From contig OZ253442.1 of assembly GCA_965261085.1 (NCBI GenBank), positions 2,176,001 through 2,240,000 on the forward strand: a stretch of 64,000 bases of DNA, given 5' to 3'. Both the position numbers and the translations under genes were made by a program. Positions 11,901 to 21,803 of the stretch are shown here, piece after piece. The notes under the pieces are model-generated. The model searched no databases. It saw nothing but the letters and a program-made list of their open reading frames with translations, and was not told the DNA's origin. Position 1 is the first letter of the stretch. The number at the start of each line of letters is the position of its first letter. The DNA is from a bacterium. GTDB lineage: Bacteria > UBA8248.

Positions 11901-13034
11901 TCACGCGATGCGCGTTCCGAACTTCTCAATCGCATCTTCCGAGAGCGTAAGCCCGAGACCCGGCGCATCGTTCAAATGAAGCGTCCCGTTCTCGATGCGG
12001 GGCGGGTTCTCGAACAATTCGGCCTGGAGCGGATCGCGCTCGGGGTCCGTGAAGGACTCCACGATGCAACCCGCCGGCGAGGCCGCCACGATGTGGGCGT
12101 GGATGAAGCAATCGTGGTGCGGAGCGATTTCCACGTGGCTGAGTTCCGCGAGGGCCGTGAGTTTTCTCCCCATGGTGAATCCGCCCATGCGCGTACAGTC
12201 GAACTGCACGATGTCTATCGCCTGCTCCTCGAGCAGCGCGCGGACCCCGTGCCCCGTTTGTTCGCTCTCCCCGGCGGAGAGGGGGATGTCCGTTTTTTGA
12301 GCCAAAATCCTGAGTTCCCGCCTGTCGTCGAACCAGCGCACGGGTTCTTCGAGCCACCGGGGGTGTATCTCCTTGAGCAGGCGAGCGCCCTCGATGGCGG
12401 TGGGCAGATCCCATGCGCCGTTCACGTCGAGCATGAGTTCGTCCTCATCGCCGATGACATCGCGGATGACCCGCAGCCGCGCCATATCCTCATCGAGCGA
12501 CGCGCCGCCGATTTTCGCCTTGAACGCCCTGTGCCCCTGAGCCTTTAGCATTTCCATCTCCTCGCGCAGTTCGCCCAAATCCTTTCCGTCACGGTAATAG
12601 GCGCAGGTGACGTAGCAGGGAACTTCCTCCCGATATCCGCCGAAGAGCCGAAACAGGGGCTGACCGGAGGCTTTTCCGAGAATATCCCACATGGCGAGGT
12701 CGATGGCCGCGCTGGTGATGAGCAGCCCGTTCCGGGACCACTCCTTCAGAAAGGCCATCTTTTGATGAGTGATGGAGAAAATCTTTTCATAGAGCCTCTC
12801 GGGAGCGAGGGCGTCTTCGCCGATGATGATTTCCTTGAGCCCTTCGTTGAACATTTCGGCCGCGCCTTTGATGAGGAGGCGGCTGCTGCCCAGGCCGAAA
12901 CCCTCCAGCCCATCGTCGGTTTTCAGACGAATCAGTAGCTCGTTCGCCTGGTGGACGGGGTAATGGCTGACCCAGTGGCCGCGCTCCTCGGGTGGGCCGG
13001 TGAGCATGTATGCTTCCACGTCTGTAATCTTCAT
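11901..13034 (-). CDS. Mandelate racemase/muconate lactonizing enzyme family protein (enolase superfamily)
   Basis: AIDLAMWDILGK, KxK (KAKIG), metal ligands D-V-N/EEP/GE and His-Asp dyad (QFD...APH). RBS GAGG precedes ATG 13034. Confidence 0.9.
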   Translation of the reverse strand: MKITDVEAYMLTGPPEERGHWVSHYPVHQANELLIRLKTDDGLEGFGLGSSRLLIKGAAEMFNEGLKEIIIGEDALAPERLYEKIFSITHQKMAFLKEWSRNGLLITSAAIDLAMWDILGKASGQPLFRLFGGYREEVPCYVTCAYYRDGKDLGELREEMEMLKAQGHRAFKAKIGGASLDEDMARLRVIRDVIGDEDELMLDVNGAWDLPTAIEGARLLKEIHPRWLEEPVRWFDDRRELRILAQKTDIPLSAGESEQTGHGVRALLEEQAIDIVQFDCTRMGGFTMGRKLTALAELSHVEIAPHHDCFIHAHIVAASPAGCIVESFTDPERDPLQAELFENPPRIENGTLHLNDAPGLGLTLSEDAIEKFGTRIA

Positions 13035-13183
13035 GTTTTTCCTCATGAATTCGTATGAACGGATGGACTTTGTCTGAAGACCCGAGCTAGTTTGCCAGAG
13101 CTTTTAGGCGTTCACAATCGCCGGGCCTTGGGGTAGGATAGCGCGATTTCTGAGGCGTCTTCTCTAAATCGGAGCATTGCGTC

Positions 13184-14023
13184 ATGAACGATTTACCGAG
13201 AGTCAGCTATCTGGGGCCGGAAGCCACCTTCACGCACGAGGCCGCCATTTTGCGCTTTGGCGATGGAGCCACCCTCACGCCCGAGCCGAGTATCGATGCC
13301 GTGTTCGATGAGGTGGAAGGTCGTCGCTCCCGGTGGGGAGTAGTGCCGATAGAGAATGCGATCGAGGGTACGGTCAACATTACTCTGGACAGGCTGCTGG
13401 AATCCCCTTTGCTGGTGGAGGGCGAAATCCGGTTGCCTATCGACATCCACCTGCTCACGAACGCAGGGTCGGTACGGGAGGTGGAGCGCATTCTCAGCCA
13501 TCCCCACGCAGTGTCCCAGTGCAGGCGCTGGCTTCGGGAAAATGCCTCGGGCGTCAAGACGGAAGAGGTGTTGAGCACCTCGCTGGCGGCGAAGATGGCG
13601 GCGGGGGACTCGCGGCTCGCGGCCTTGGGCAGCCGGCTGGCGGCCGAGCACTATGGCCTGAATATTTTGGAGGAAAAACTCGATTCCGAGAGCATCAACG
13701 TGACGCGCTTTTTCGTCATCGGAACCGAGAAGCCCGAACGCGCGGCGCATTCGAAGACGAGCCTGCTCTTCGGCCTGCCGAACGAATCGGGCGCACTCCA
13801 TAAAGCGCTTGAGCCGATTGCCGAGCGAAAGCTGAACATGACGAAAATCGAATCCCGCCCATCGCGAAAAGAGGCGTGGGAGTACGTTTTCTACATGGAA
13901 ATCGAAGGCTATGGAGAAGATGAAGCAATCTCGCAAGGTATTTCGGAACTGAAAAATCGGGTGGACTTTATTCGCGTGCTGGGTTCGTATCCCGTGTTGC
14001 AGAAAGAGCGTACAAGAATTTGA
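13184..14023 (+). CDS. pheA: Prephenate dehydratase (PDT+ACT, no chorismate mutase domain)
   Basis: YLGPEATFT, VPIEN, SHPHAVSQC, NVTRF and TKIESRP motifs. Confidence 0.92.
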   Translation: MNDLPRVSYLGPEATFTHEAAILRFGDGATLTPEPSIDAVFDEVEGRRSRWGVVPIENAIEGTVNITLDRLLESPLLVEGEIRLPIDIHLLTNAGSVREVERILSHPHAVSQCRRWLRENASGVKTEEVLSTSLAAKMAAGDSRLAALGSRLAAEHYGLNILEEKLDSESINVTRFFVIGTEKPERAAHSKTSLLFGLPNESGALHKALEPIAERKLNMTKIESRPSRKEAWEYVFYMEIEGYGEDEAISQGISELKNRVDFIRVLGSYPVLQKERTRI

Positions 14024-14091
14024 TATTGCCAGATTTGGGAGATTTTGAGGACCTACAGGCGTGTTGCGCCGTTGGCTCATGAGGAGGGGGA

Positions 14092-15174
14092 ATGAAATAT
14101 AAAAGGGCGCGGCCCGTTTCGGACATCGTCGTCTACCAGCCGGGAAAGCCGGTGGAAGAACTCGAACGCGAACTCGGCATCGCCGATTCCATCAAGGTGG
14201 CCTCGAACGAAAACCCCCTGGGGCCATCGCCCAAGGCGGTGGAAGCCGTGAACCACGCCATCGAGGAATTGCACCGCTATCCCGACGGCGGGGGTTTTTA
14301 TCTCAAAAACACGCTGGCCGAACATCATGGGTTGCAGCCTGGAAATTTCGTGTTGGGCAATGGAACGAACGAGGTTTTGGAGATTCTGGCGCATGCGTAC
14401 CTGGACCCTGGAGACCCCGTGGTTTATTCCGAGGGCGCCTTTATCGTCTACCATATCGTCTCTCAACTCTGCTCTTGCGAGATCAGGCGCGCGCCGATGC
14501 GCGATTATCACCAGGACCTCGACGCCATGGCGGACCTGATTTGCGAGAAAACGAAAATCGTCTTCCTTGCGAATCCCAACAACCCCACGGGAACGGCGGT
14601 TGGCGAAGGGAAACTCCGGGAGTTTCTTGAAAAAATTCCGCAGACCACTCTCGTGGTGATGGACGAGGCCTATTGCCACTACGCGCATTTGGAGGATTAT
14701 CCCGATGCAGCGCGGATGCTGGCCGAATTCTCGAATCTCGTCGCCATGCGCACCTTCTCGAAGGTTTATGGCCTGGCCGGCCTGCGCGTCGGCTACGCCG
14801 TGGCGGATGAGGAAGTCGCGCAGGCTATGGAGAGCGTCCGCGAGCCGTTTAATGTGAATTCCCTGGCCCTCGTGGCCGCTCAAGCCGCTCTCGGAGACGT
14901 CGAGCACGTCGAAAGGACACTAGCGGTGAACGCCGAGGGCCGGGAGTATTTCGTGTACGAACTATCGGCCATGGGCCTCCCCTTCGTGCCCACGCAGGGG
15001 AATTTCATGATGGTCGAGGTGGGCGAAGCGATGCAGGTATACGAAGAATTGCTCAGGGAGGGCGTCATCGTCAGGCCCGTGGCGGGATACGGCTTTCCGC
15101 GCCATTTGCGAATTTCCATCGGCACGCCGCAGGAGAACGAGCAGGTTGTATCCGCGTTGTCAAAAATTTTATAA
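14092..15174 (+). CDS. hisC: Histidinol-phosphate aminotransferase
   Basis: SNENPLG, ANPNNPTG, DEAY and RTFSKVYGLAGLRVGY motifs. Confidence 0.94.
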   Translation: MKYKRARPVSDIVVYQPGKPVEELERELGIADSIKVASNENPLGPSPKAVEAVNHAIEELHRYPDGGGFYLKNTLAEHHGLQPGNFVLGNGTNEVLEILAHAYLDPGDPVVYSEGAFIVYHIVSQLCSCEIRRAPMRDYHQDLDAMADLICEKTKIVFLANPNNPTGTAVGEGKLREFLEKIPQTTLVVMDEAYCHYAHLEDYPDAARMLAEFSNLVAMRTFSKVYGLAGLRVGYAVADEEVAQAMESVREPFNVNSLALVAAQAALGDVEHVERTLAVNAEGREYFVYELSAMGLPFVPTQGNFMMVEVGEAMQVYEELLREGVIVRPVAGYGFPRHLRISIGTPQENEQVVSALSKIL

Positions 15175-15243
15175 TTATAATTATAACAACTAGATACATA
15201 TGTTATTTAATGTGTTTTATAGATAAATGAAAAGGATGGCAGA

Positions 15244-16104
15244 GTGCTTTTCGAGCAGATGACCATAATCGGCGTGGGGCTCATCGGCGGGTCTCTGGCC
15301 AGAGCCGCCCGGGAGAAAGGTCTCGTTTCGAGATTCGTCGGCGCAGGCCGCAGTCTGGGCAACCTTGAGCGCGCGCATGAACTTGGCGTCGTGGGTCGCT
15401 TCGAGACGGATCATCTGGAGGCGGTGCGTGATTCGGATCTGGTAGTGGTATGCACCCCGGTGCGTGCGGCGGTGCGGGTGACGGAGGCGATTTTGCCCGA
15501 GATGGCTCCAGGGGCTGTGCTTACCGACGTGGGCAGCGTAAAGGCGCCCTACGTGCGGGCGGTGGAGGCGATGGATTTAAGAGATGTGAAATTCCTGGCG
15601 AGCCATCCCGTCGCCGGAGGCGAGAAATCCGGCGTGGAGGCGAGTTTTTCCTCTCTCTTCGATGCGCAGCAGACCATCTTGACGCCAACTGAGAGAACGG
15701 ACCCCGGAACCATCGAACACCTGCGCGCGCTTTGGGAGGGAGTGGGCGCAAACGTCGATATTCTCGACCCTGAAACTCATGATCGCGTGATGGCCGACAT
15801 CAGCCATCTCCCACATCTGGTGGCCTACGCCATGATGAACACCGCCCTTGAGGGCGAGGCGCTCCGGCATGCGGCGAGTGGGTTTCGGGACTTTTCGCGA
15901 ATCGCATCCTCAGGAGCGGAAATGTGGCGCGAAATCTGCGAGGACAACCAGGAGGCGCTGCTGGGCGCGCTTGACAGGTTCGAGAGAGAATTGGCGGGGT
16001 TTCGCCGTTTGCTGGAAGATTCGGATTCCGAAGCGCTCGAGCGCGCATTTTTGAGGGCCAAGGACGGCCGGGACGAATGGGCGCGGAAAAAGGGCTGGGA
16101 TTGA
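15244..16104 (+). CDS. tyrA: Prephenate/arogenate dehydrogenase
   Basis: GVGLIGGS, DVGSVK, HPVAG, HD...SHLPH and GFRDFSRIA motifs. Confidence 0.93.
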   Translation: MLFEQMTIIGVGLIGGSLARAAREKGLVSRFVGAGRSLGNLERAHELGVVGRFETDHLEAVRDSDLVVVCTPVRAAVRVTEAILPEMAPGAVLTDVGSVKAPYVRAVEAMDLRDVKFLASHPVAGGEKSGVEASFSSLFDAQQTILTPTERTDPGTIEHLRALWEGVGANVDILDPETHDRVMADISHLPHLVAYAMMNTALEGEALRHAASGFRDFSRIASSGAEMWREICEDNQEALLGALDRFERELAGFRRLLEDSDSEALERAFLRAKDGRDEWARKKGWD

Positions 16105-16814
16105 GAGAGAAATCGCGCCGAAAATCAGCCGGCATTGTCATTCCCATCGATGGCCCCGCAGGTTCGGGCAAGAGCACGGCGGCCAAAAGGATCGCGGAGA
16201 GGTTGGGTTTCGACTATCTCGAGAGCGGCGCGCTCTACCGTGCCGTAGGCTATCAGGTATTGAATGAAAATCGAGAAGGTGATTTTGAAAGTCGCGCCAT
16301 CGGCTCCGCGTGTGATTTGCGTTTCGAGTGCCGCAAGGAGGGGAACGTCTGGAAGAACATTCTGGGTGGAGAAGACGTTACCGATGCGCTCCGGGACGAA
16401 GAAATAAGCGATATGGCGTCGCAAGTGTCGGCGATACCCGGGGTGCGGGCGGCGCTGCTCGAATTTCAAAGGAATTTTGGACGAGAGGGCGGGGCAGTCA
16501 TTGATGGGCGCGATATAGGCACGGTCGTTTTCCCGGAGGCCAGACTCAAGTTTTTTCTCGACGCGGACATCGAGGTGCGAATCCAGCGGCGCTTCGCCGA
16601 ACTCAAGGCGAGGGGAGTCCCCTTTCATCCCGATCATCTGCGTGAAGACTTGAAGCGCAGGGACGAGAGGGATCGCCACAGAGCCAGCGCGCCGCTGCGC
16701 AAGGCCGAGGACGCCGAAGAAATCCAAACGAGCAATATGGGCGTTGACCAGGTGCTTGAGGTCATGTTAGAGAAAATCCGCCTAGTTTACGGGGAAGTCA
16801 TTGAGGATGCTTGA
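16101..16814 (+). CDS. cmk: Cytidylate kinase
   Basis: IDGPAGSGKST, DGRDIGTVVFP and RRDERD motifs; directly upstream of rpsA. Confidence 0.94.
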   Translation: MREKSRRKSAGIVIPIDGPAGSGKSTAAKRIAERLGFDYLESGALYRAVGYQVLNENREGDFESRAIGSACDLRFECRKEGNVWKNILGGEDVTDALRDEEISDMASQVSAIPGVRAALLEFQRNFGREGGAVIDGRDIGTVVFPEARLKFFLDADIEVRIQRRFAELKARGVPFHPDHLREDLKRRDERDRHRASAPLRKAEDAEEIQTSNMGVDQVLEVMLEKIRLVYGEVIEDA

Positions 16815-16949
16815 GTTGCGAGTTGATTCTCTCCTTTCTCGGGTGTAATATGATTTTTTCCACCCATTTTTTGCCGATGTCTGCGATAGCGATGGGCGCT
16901 TGAGCCGTGGCGGCAATTCTCTTTTCTCAGAACGAGGTAATTCAAACAG

Positions 16950-18815
16950 ATGAATGAAACTTCCTCTAACGAATCCGAGACTCTTCCCGACTTCTCATCG
17001 AAGGTGGCCGAATTGCTCCCGGACGAGGTTGACCCCGACACCCTTTCTCCTGAACAAATGGATGATTTATACGCTTCCACGATGAAGGTGAAGGATGGAG
17101 AAATCATCGAAGGAACGGTTGTGGGGATGGAAGGCGAATATGTGCTAGTGGACGTAGGATATAAATCAGAAGGTTTGGTGCCTCGTTTTGAATTCCCGAG
17201 CCGCGGGCGGGATCTCAAGCCTGGAGACAGGGTGGAGGTTTTCGTCGAAGAGCGTGAGGCTGACGATGGCCTCATCGTGCTCTCGAAGGAGAAAGCCAAC
17301 CGAATCAAGATATGGGACGAGATCAGCAAAGCCCATGACAACGACGAGATTATCCAGGGCGTGATCGTCGCCCGCATCAAGGGAGGCCTTACGGTCGACA
17401 TCGGACTCAAGGCCTTTTTGCCGGGTTCCCAGGTCGATCTGAGGCCGGTGAGGAATCTCGATCAGTTTATCGGCAAATCCTTTGACATGAAGATCATCAA
17501 GCTCAATAGAAAGCGCGGGAACATTGTTCTCTCCAGGCGCGTGCTGCTCGAGGATGAAAGAGCGGAACTCAAGCGCGAGACGCTCGCGAACCTCACGGAA
17601 GGCATGGAGAAGGTGGGCGTCGTCAAGAACATTACCGACTATGGAGCGTTCATCGACCTCGGCGGAATAGACGGCCTGCTTCACATCACGGATATGTCCT
17701 GGGGGCGGGTGAGCCACCCGAGCGAACTTCTCTCCATCGGGGACAGCGTCAAGGTCACCGTGCTCAAATATGACAAGGAGCGCGAGCGCGTCTCCTTGGG
17801 CCATAAGCAAATTACCCCGGATCCTTGGGAGAACGTGGAAATCAAATATCCCATGACCGGCAAGGTTCGGGGGCGCGTCGTCTCCATCACCGATTATGGC
17901 GCTTTCGTCGAACTCGAACAGGGCGTCGAAGGGTTGGTGCATGTGTCGGAGATGTCATGGACGAGACGCGTTCGCCATCCATCGAAATTCGTCGCGGTGA
18001 ACGATGTGGTCGAAGCCGTCGTTTTGAACCTGGACAAAGAAGGCCGCAGAATCTCCCTGGGTATGAAACAGGTGGAGGCCAACCCGTGGACCACGGTGGG
18101 GGAGAAATACCCCGTGGGAATGCGCGTGACGGGCAGTATCCGGAATTTGACGGAATTCGGCGCCTTCGTCGCCTTGGATGAGGGGATCGACGGCCTGATC
18201 CACATTTCGGACATTTCCTGGACCCAACGCTTCAAGCACCCCTCTGAAGTCCTGCGCAAGGGCCAGGATATCGAGGCGGTTGTTCTGAGCGTGGACGTCG
18301 AGAAGGAGCGTCTCTCCCTCGGCGTGAAGCAAATCACCCCGGATCCATGGGACGACATCAACGACCGTTATGCGCTGGATGACGATATCGAGGCGAAAAT
18401 CACGAAAATTACGAACTTCGGCGTCTTCGCCGCTCCGGAGGAAGATTTGGAGGGGCTGGTCCACATCTCCGAACTCGACCCGGATAAGGTGAAAGAACCA
18501 CAGGACGTGGTGCATGTGGGCGACGTGTTCAAAATGCGCGTCATCAAAATCGATCGGGAGCAAAGAAGGCTGGGTTTGAGCATCCGCGCCTATGTGGAGT
18601 CCACCGGTGAAGACCCGCTCATCAGCCGGGCGCCAAAGCCCCCAGAGCCGATCGAAGAGAAAAGCGCGCCCTCGGACGAGGTAGTAGAAGCAGTAAAGGT
18701 AGTAGAGGTAGTAGAAATTGAAGACGAACCCGAGGCGGAAGTTGTTGCGGAAGCTGCGCCCGAGGCGGAAGTCGTTGCGGAGGCTGCGCCCGAGGCGGAT
18801 GAGCAAGCGGAATAA
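16950..18815 (+). CDS. rpsA: 30S ribosomal protein S1
   Basis: Six S1 repeats (e.g. AFLPGSQVD, DGLLHITDMSW) plus an acidic low-complexity tail. Confidence 0.97.
   Translation: MNETSSNESETLPDFSSKVAELLPDEVDPDTLSPEQMDDLYASTMKVKDGEIIEGTVVGMEGEYVLVDVGYKSEGLVPRFEFPSRGRDLKPGDRVEVFVEEREADDGLIVLSKEKANRIKIWDEISKAHDNDEIIQGVIVARIKGGLTVDIGLKAFLPGSQVDLRPVRNLDQFIGKSFDMKIIKLNRKRGNIVLSRRVLLEDERAELKRETLANLTEGMEKVGVVKNITDYGAFIDLGGIDGLLHITDMSWGRVSHPSELLSIGDSVKVTVLKYDKERERVSLGHKQITPDPWENVEIKYPMTGKVRGRVVSITDYGAFVELEQGVEGLVHVSEMSWTRRVRHPSKFVAVNDVVEAVVLNLDKEGRRISLGMKQVEANPWTTVGEKYPVGMRVTGSIRNLTEFGAFVALDEGIDGLIHISDISWTQRFKHPSEVLRKGQDIEAVVLSVDVEKERLSLGVKQITPDPWDDINDRYALDDDIEAKITKITNFGVFAAPEEDLEGLVHISELDPDKVKEPQDVVHVGDVFKMRVIKIDREQRRLGLSIRAYVESTGEDPLISRAPKPPEPIEEKSAPSDEVVEAVKVVEVVEIEDEPEAEVVAEAAPEAEVVAEAAPEADEQAE
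18729..18800 (+). repeat. 30-bp in-frame tandem repeat (PEAEVVAEAA x2.4) in the rpsA tail
   Basis: CCCGAGGCGGAAGTYGTTGCGGARGCTGCG occurs twice, followed by a partial third copy. Confidence 0.85.
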
Positions 18816-19171
18816 TCGAGTGGATGGCATGAAGCCCATCCGATGAATTTTGTGAAATGCAGGATTGCGAGACGCCTCATCGTGTAAACATTCACAGAGG
18901 AGGCGGAATTTACTCTCGATTGTATCTATTGCTACTGCATATTTTCGCCGGGTATACCATGAATGGTTGGCATACGAGGCATGTATTTATCAGGATCGCC
19001 CGCGCCGTTGGGGCGGCGCGATGTCATCACAGCCATGAAACATAATGGGTATGTTTTTCTTGTTTGATTCTGTGACTACACTGGATGGAAAGCTGAGTCT
19101 AAAAGACCGAAGCGTGGGTTCTCCGTAACGCGAATGTATCCATTGTGCTCGCAGGGAGGATGATGATTCTC

Positions 19172-19564
19172 ATGACTAAGGCCGAGTTGGTTGAGCAGAT
19201 AGCTGAGAAAATCAATCTCACGAAAAAAGACACCGAGCGCATCGTGAACATCGTGTTCGGGAGCATCATGAGTTCATTGTCGGATGGCGATAAGGTGGAG
19301 TTGCGTGGATTCGGGAGTTTCCGCGTGCGCTCGAGAAACAGCCGTGATGGCCGCAACCCGAGAACGGGTGAGGCGGTGGCGATTCCGCCCAAGAATGTGC
19401 CGTTCTTCAAGGCGGGGAAAGAATTGAGACAGATGGTCGATCAATTCGGAGCGGCTTCTTTCGAAGATGATGATGGAACGAGCGAGCCCTCAGGTAGAGG
19501 CGCTTCGGCGACGGCCGATTCCGATGTGCATGGGGAATCGTCGGAGGATGATTCTCTCTTCTAA
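19172..19564 (+). CDS. ihfB: Integration host factor beta/HU family DNA-binding protein with acidic tail
   Basis: MTKAELVE, VELRGFGSF, GRNPRTGE and FKAGKELR motifs; follows rpsA. Confidence 0.85.
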   Translation: MTKAELVEQIAEKINLTKKDTERIVNIVFGSIMSSLSDGDKVELRGFGSFRVRSRNSRDGRNPRTGEAVAIPPKNVPFFKAGKELRQMVDQFGAASFEDDDGTSEPSGRGASATADSDVHGESSEDDSLF

Positions 19565-19624
19565 TAAAGCGGTTTCAGGCAGTACGTCCCCTGGGACAAT
19601 CCCGCCCAATCGGAACTTTTTCTC

Positions 19625-20152
19625 ATGAATAAAAAGCGCGTCGGTCGTGGATGCGTGGTTCTTCGGCAGGGTGACATCACCGAATCTGGTGTTGATGCCA
19701 TAGTGAACGCGGCCAACAACCATCTCTGGATGGGTGCGGGCGTGGCGGGCGCCATCAAGAGAAAGGGCGGGAAGGCGATAGAGGCCGAGGCGGTATCAAA
19801 AGGGCCGATTCGTGTCGGGGATGCCGTAATCACGGATGGCGGTAAACTACCCGCCCGGCACGTGATTCATGCGGCGGGGATGGGAACGGACCTTAGGACA
19901 TCGCCCGAAATCGTGGAGGCCTGCACTCGGGCGAGTCTCGCGGTGGCCGAGGAGAATTCGCTGAACAGCATCGCGTTTCCCGCCATCGGGACGGGTGTCG
20001 GGGGCCTCGATGCGCAGGACGTCGCATCCCGTATGCTCAAAGCCTGCTCGGCGCACCTGCAGACGCCGACGGGCATGCTTACCCACATAGAGTTCGTGCT
20101 GTTCTCGGATGCCGACTTGGCCGCGTTTCGAGACGCACTCGAAGCGCTTTGA
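19625..20152 (+). CDS. Macro-domain protein (O-acetyl-ADP-ribose deacetylase-like)
   Basis: GDIT, AIVNAAN, GAGVAGAI and AFPAIGTGVGG motifs. Confidence 0.92.
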   Translation: MNKKRVGRGCVVLRQGDITESGVDAIVNAANNHLWMGAGVAGAIKRKGGKAIEAEAVSKGPIRVGDAVITDGGKLPARHVIHAAGMGTDLRTSPEIVEACTRASLAVAEENSLNSIAFPAIGTGVGGLDAQDVASRMLKACSAHLQTPTGMLTHIEFVLFSDADLAAFRDALEAL

Positions 20153-20266
20153 TTTTGAAGCGAGGCGACCCTGCGCTCGCTCTCGTGCCCAGTTTGGAAA
20201 TGAGACGCTTCCGAGGCGTTTTCATCTTTTGACGAGACGACCCCCTCCGCCTGAAGTGCCAAACCC

Positions 20267-21256
20267 ATGAGCCGCAAGCAATCGAGAAACCCACACCCCA
20301 TCATCCTTGTTGTAGGAACGACATGTTCGGGGAAAACGGATTTTGGCGTGGCGCTGGTCAAGCGTTTCCGGGAAGAGGGGGCATCCCTCGAAATAGTCGG
20401 CGCCGACGCCAGGCAGATTTATCGAGGTATCGGCGTGGGCACCGCCAAGCCCAGGTTGGATGAGCGTGGCGGCGTGACGCATCATATGATGGATGTAGCG
20501 GAGTTGGGGGAGACTTATAGCGCCGCGCGCTATGCGGATGAGGCGATTCTGTGCATAGAGGATATATATCGCAGAGGTGCATACCCGCTCGTAGTAGGAG
20601 GGAGCGGTTTATATATCCGCGCTTTGGTGGAAGGATTTTTCGATGGGCCTGAGGCGCAGCCGGAAATAAGGGGCCGATTGGAGGCGGAGGCTTCAAAGCA
20701 GGGGCATATGGCCATGTACGAGCGCCTCGCTGCGGTCGACCCCGAAACAGCCGCGAAACTACACCCCAACGACCTGCGGCGGGTGGTTCGCGCCCTGGAG
20801 GTCTATGAAGCGACGGGGCGGCCGGTTTCACGCCTGCGGGCCGAGCAAAAAGGGCCCAGGTTCGCGTCTCCGTTGTATATTGGTCTCAGGTATCCGGCAT
20901 CAATCCTCGCCGAGTTGATCGAGCACAGGGTGCGGCGGATGCTAGAGAACGGGATGCTGGACGAGGTGGCGATGTTGGCCGAGATGAATCTCACCGACGC
21001 CCGGGTATTCGAGGGTCTCGGGTTTCAGGAGGCCCTCGCGTTGCGCAGGGGACAGATGACCGAGGATGAGGCGGTTCGGGAAATATCCAGGCTGCACCGC
21101 AACTACGCGAAACGACAGCGCACCTGGTTTCAAAAGATCGAGGGGGTGAACTGGTATGAACCCCTGGAAAAGGATTTCGGGGTTATATTGGAAAAAGCCC
21201 ATGATAAGGTGTCCCGATATCTGGATTTAGATTCTCGTGTGGAGGGTTCCTCTTGA
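20267..21256 (+). CDS. miaA: tRNA dimethylallyltransferase
   Basis: GTTCSGKT, DARQIY, GTAKP, GGSGLY, RRVVRALEV and YAKRQRTWF motifs. Confidence 0.95.
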   Translation: MSRKQSRNPHPIILVVGTTCSGKTDFGVALVKRFREEGASLEIVGADARQIYRGIGVGTAKPRLDERGGVTHHMMDVAELGETYSAARYADEAILCIEDIYRRGAYPLVVGGSGLYIRALVEGFFDGPEAQPEIRGRLEAEASKQGHMAMYERLAAVDPETAAKLHPNDLRRVVRALEVYEATGRPVSRLRAEQKGPRFASPLYIGLRYPASILAELIEHRVRRMLENGMLDEVAMLAEMNLTDARVFEGLGFQEALALRRGQMTEDEAVREISRLHRNYAKRQRTWFQKIEGVNWYEPLEKDFGVILEKAHDKVSRYLDLDSRVEGSS

Positions 21257-21792
21257 GCGTAGTACTCATCGGCTTTAAGGGATGTGGCAAATCGACCATC
21301 GGACCTTTGCTCGCCGAAAAAATGGGTTTCTCTTTTCATGACCTCGACCATTTGATAGAGCAGAAACATTTCGAGGAAACAGGAGAACGGCTGGGGTTTC
21401 GCGAAGTTTTCAGAACGAGAGGAGAAGAATCCTTCCGTGCGATGGAGAATCACTTGCTGCGCGAGCAATTGGTCCGGGAGCACCTCGTTCTCGCCCTCGG
21501 CGGTGGAACCCCGATGGCGCAGAGTGTCGATTCACTGCTTGTTCCCCATTGCGTCGTTTATCTCCAGGTGCCGGAGAATGATATCATCGAGAGGGTGCGA
21601 GCCGATGGCTGGCCCGCTTATCTCGAAAACGAGGCGAACCCCGAAGGAGCGTTGCGTCTGCTTTTCAAAAAGCGCGTTCCGCGCTATGAAGAACTCGCGA
21701 AATTGATCGTGAAGAATACGTGCGAGCCGGAGGAAGTGGTTGAAACGGCCCTCCCCGGGATACGTGCGGCATTGTCGAAAACTGAAGTGTAG
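21253..21792 (+). CDS. aroK: Shikimate kinase
   Basis: [20 protein letters not shown] and LGGG motifs; upstream of aroC. Confidence 0.88.
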   Translation: MSVVLIGFKGCGKSTIGPLLAEKMGFSFHDLDHLIEQKHFEETGERLGFREVFRTRGEESFRAMENHLLREQLVREHLVLALGGGTPMAQSVDSLLVPHCVVYLQVPENDIIERVRADGWPAYLENEANPEGALRLLFKKRVPRYEELAKLIVKNTCEPEEVVETALPGIRAALSKTEV

Positions 21793-21803
21793 AGAGGGAA
21801 ATC

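Noticed and set aside
18880-18897. Rex-box-like TCGTGTAAACATTCACAG
   Set aside because: Three mismatches to TTGTGAA-N4-TTCACAA and not upstream of an obvious redox gene; insufficient support.
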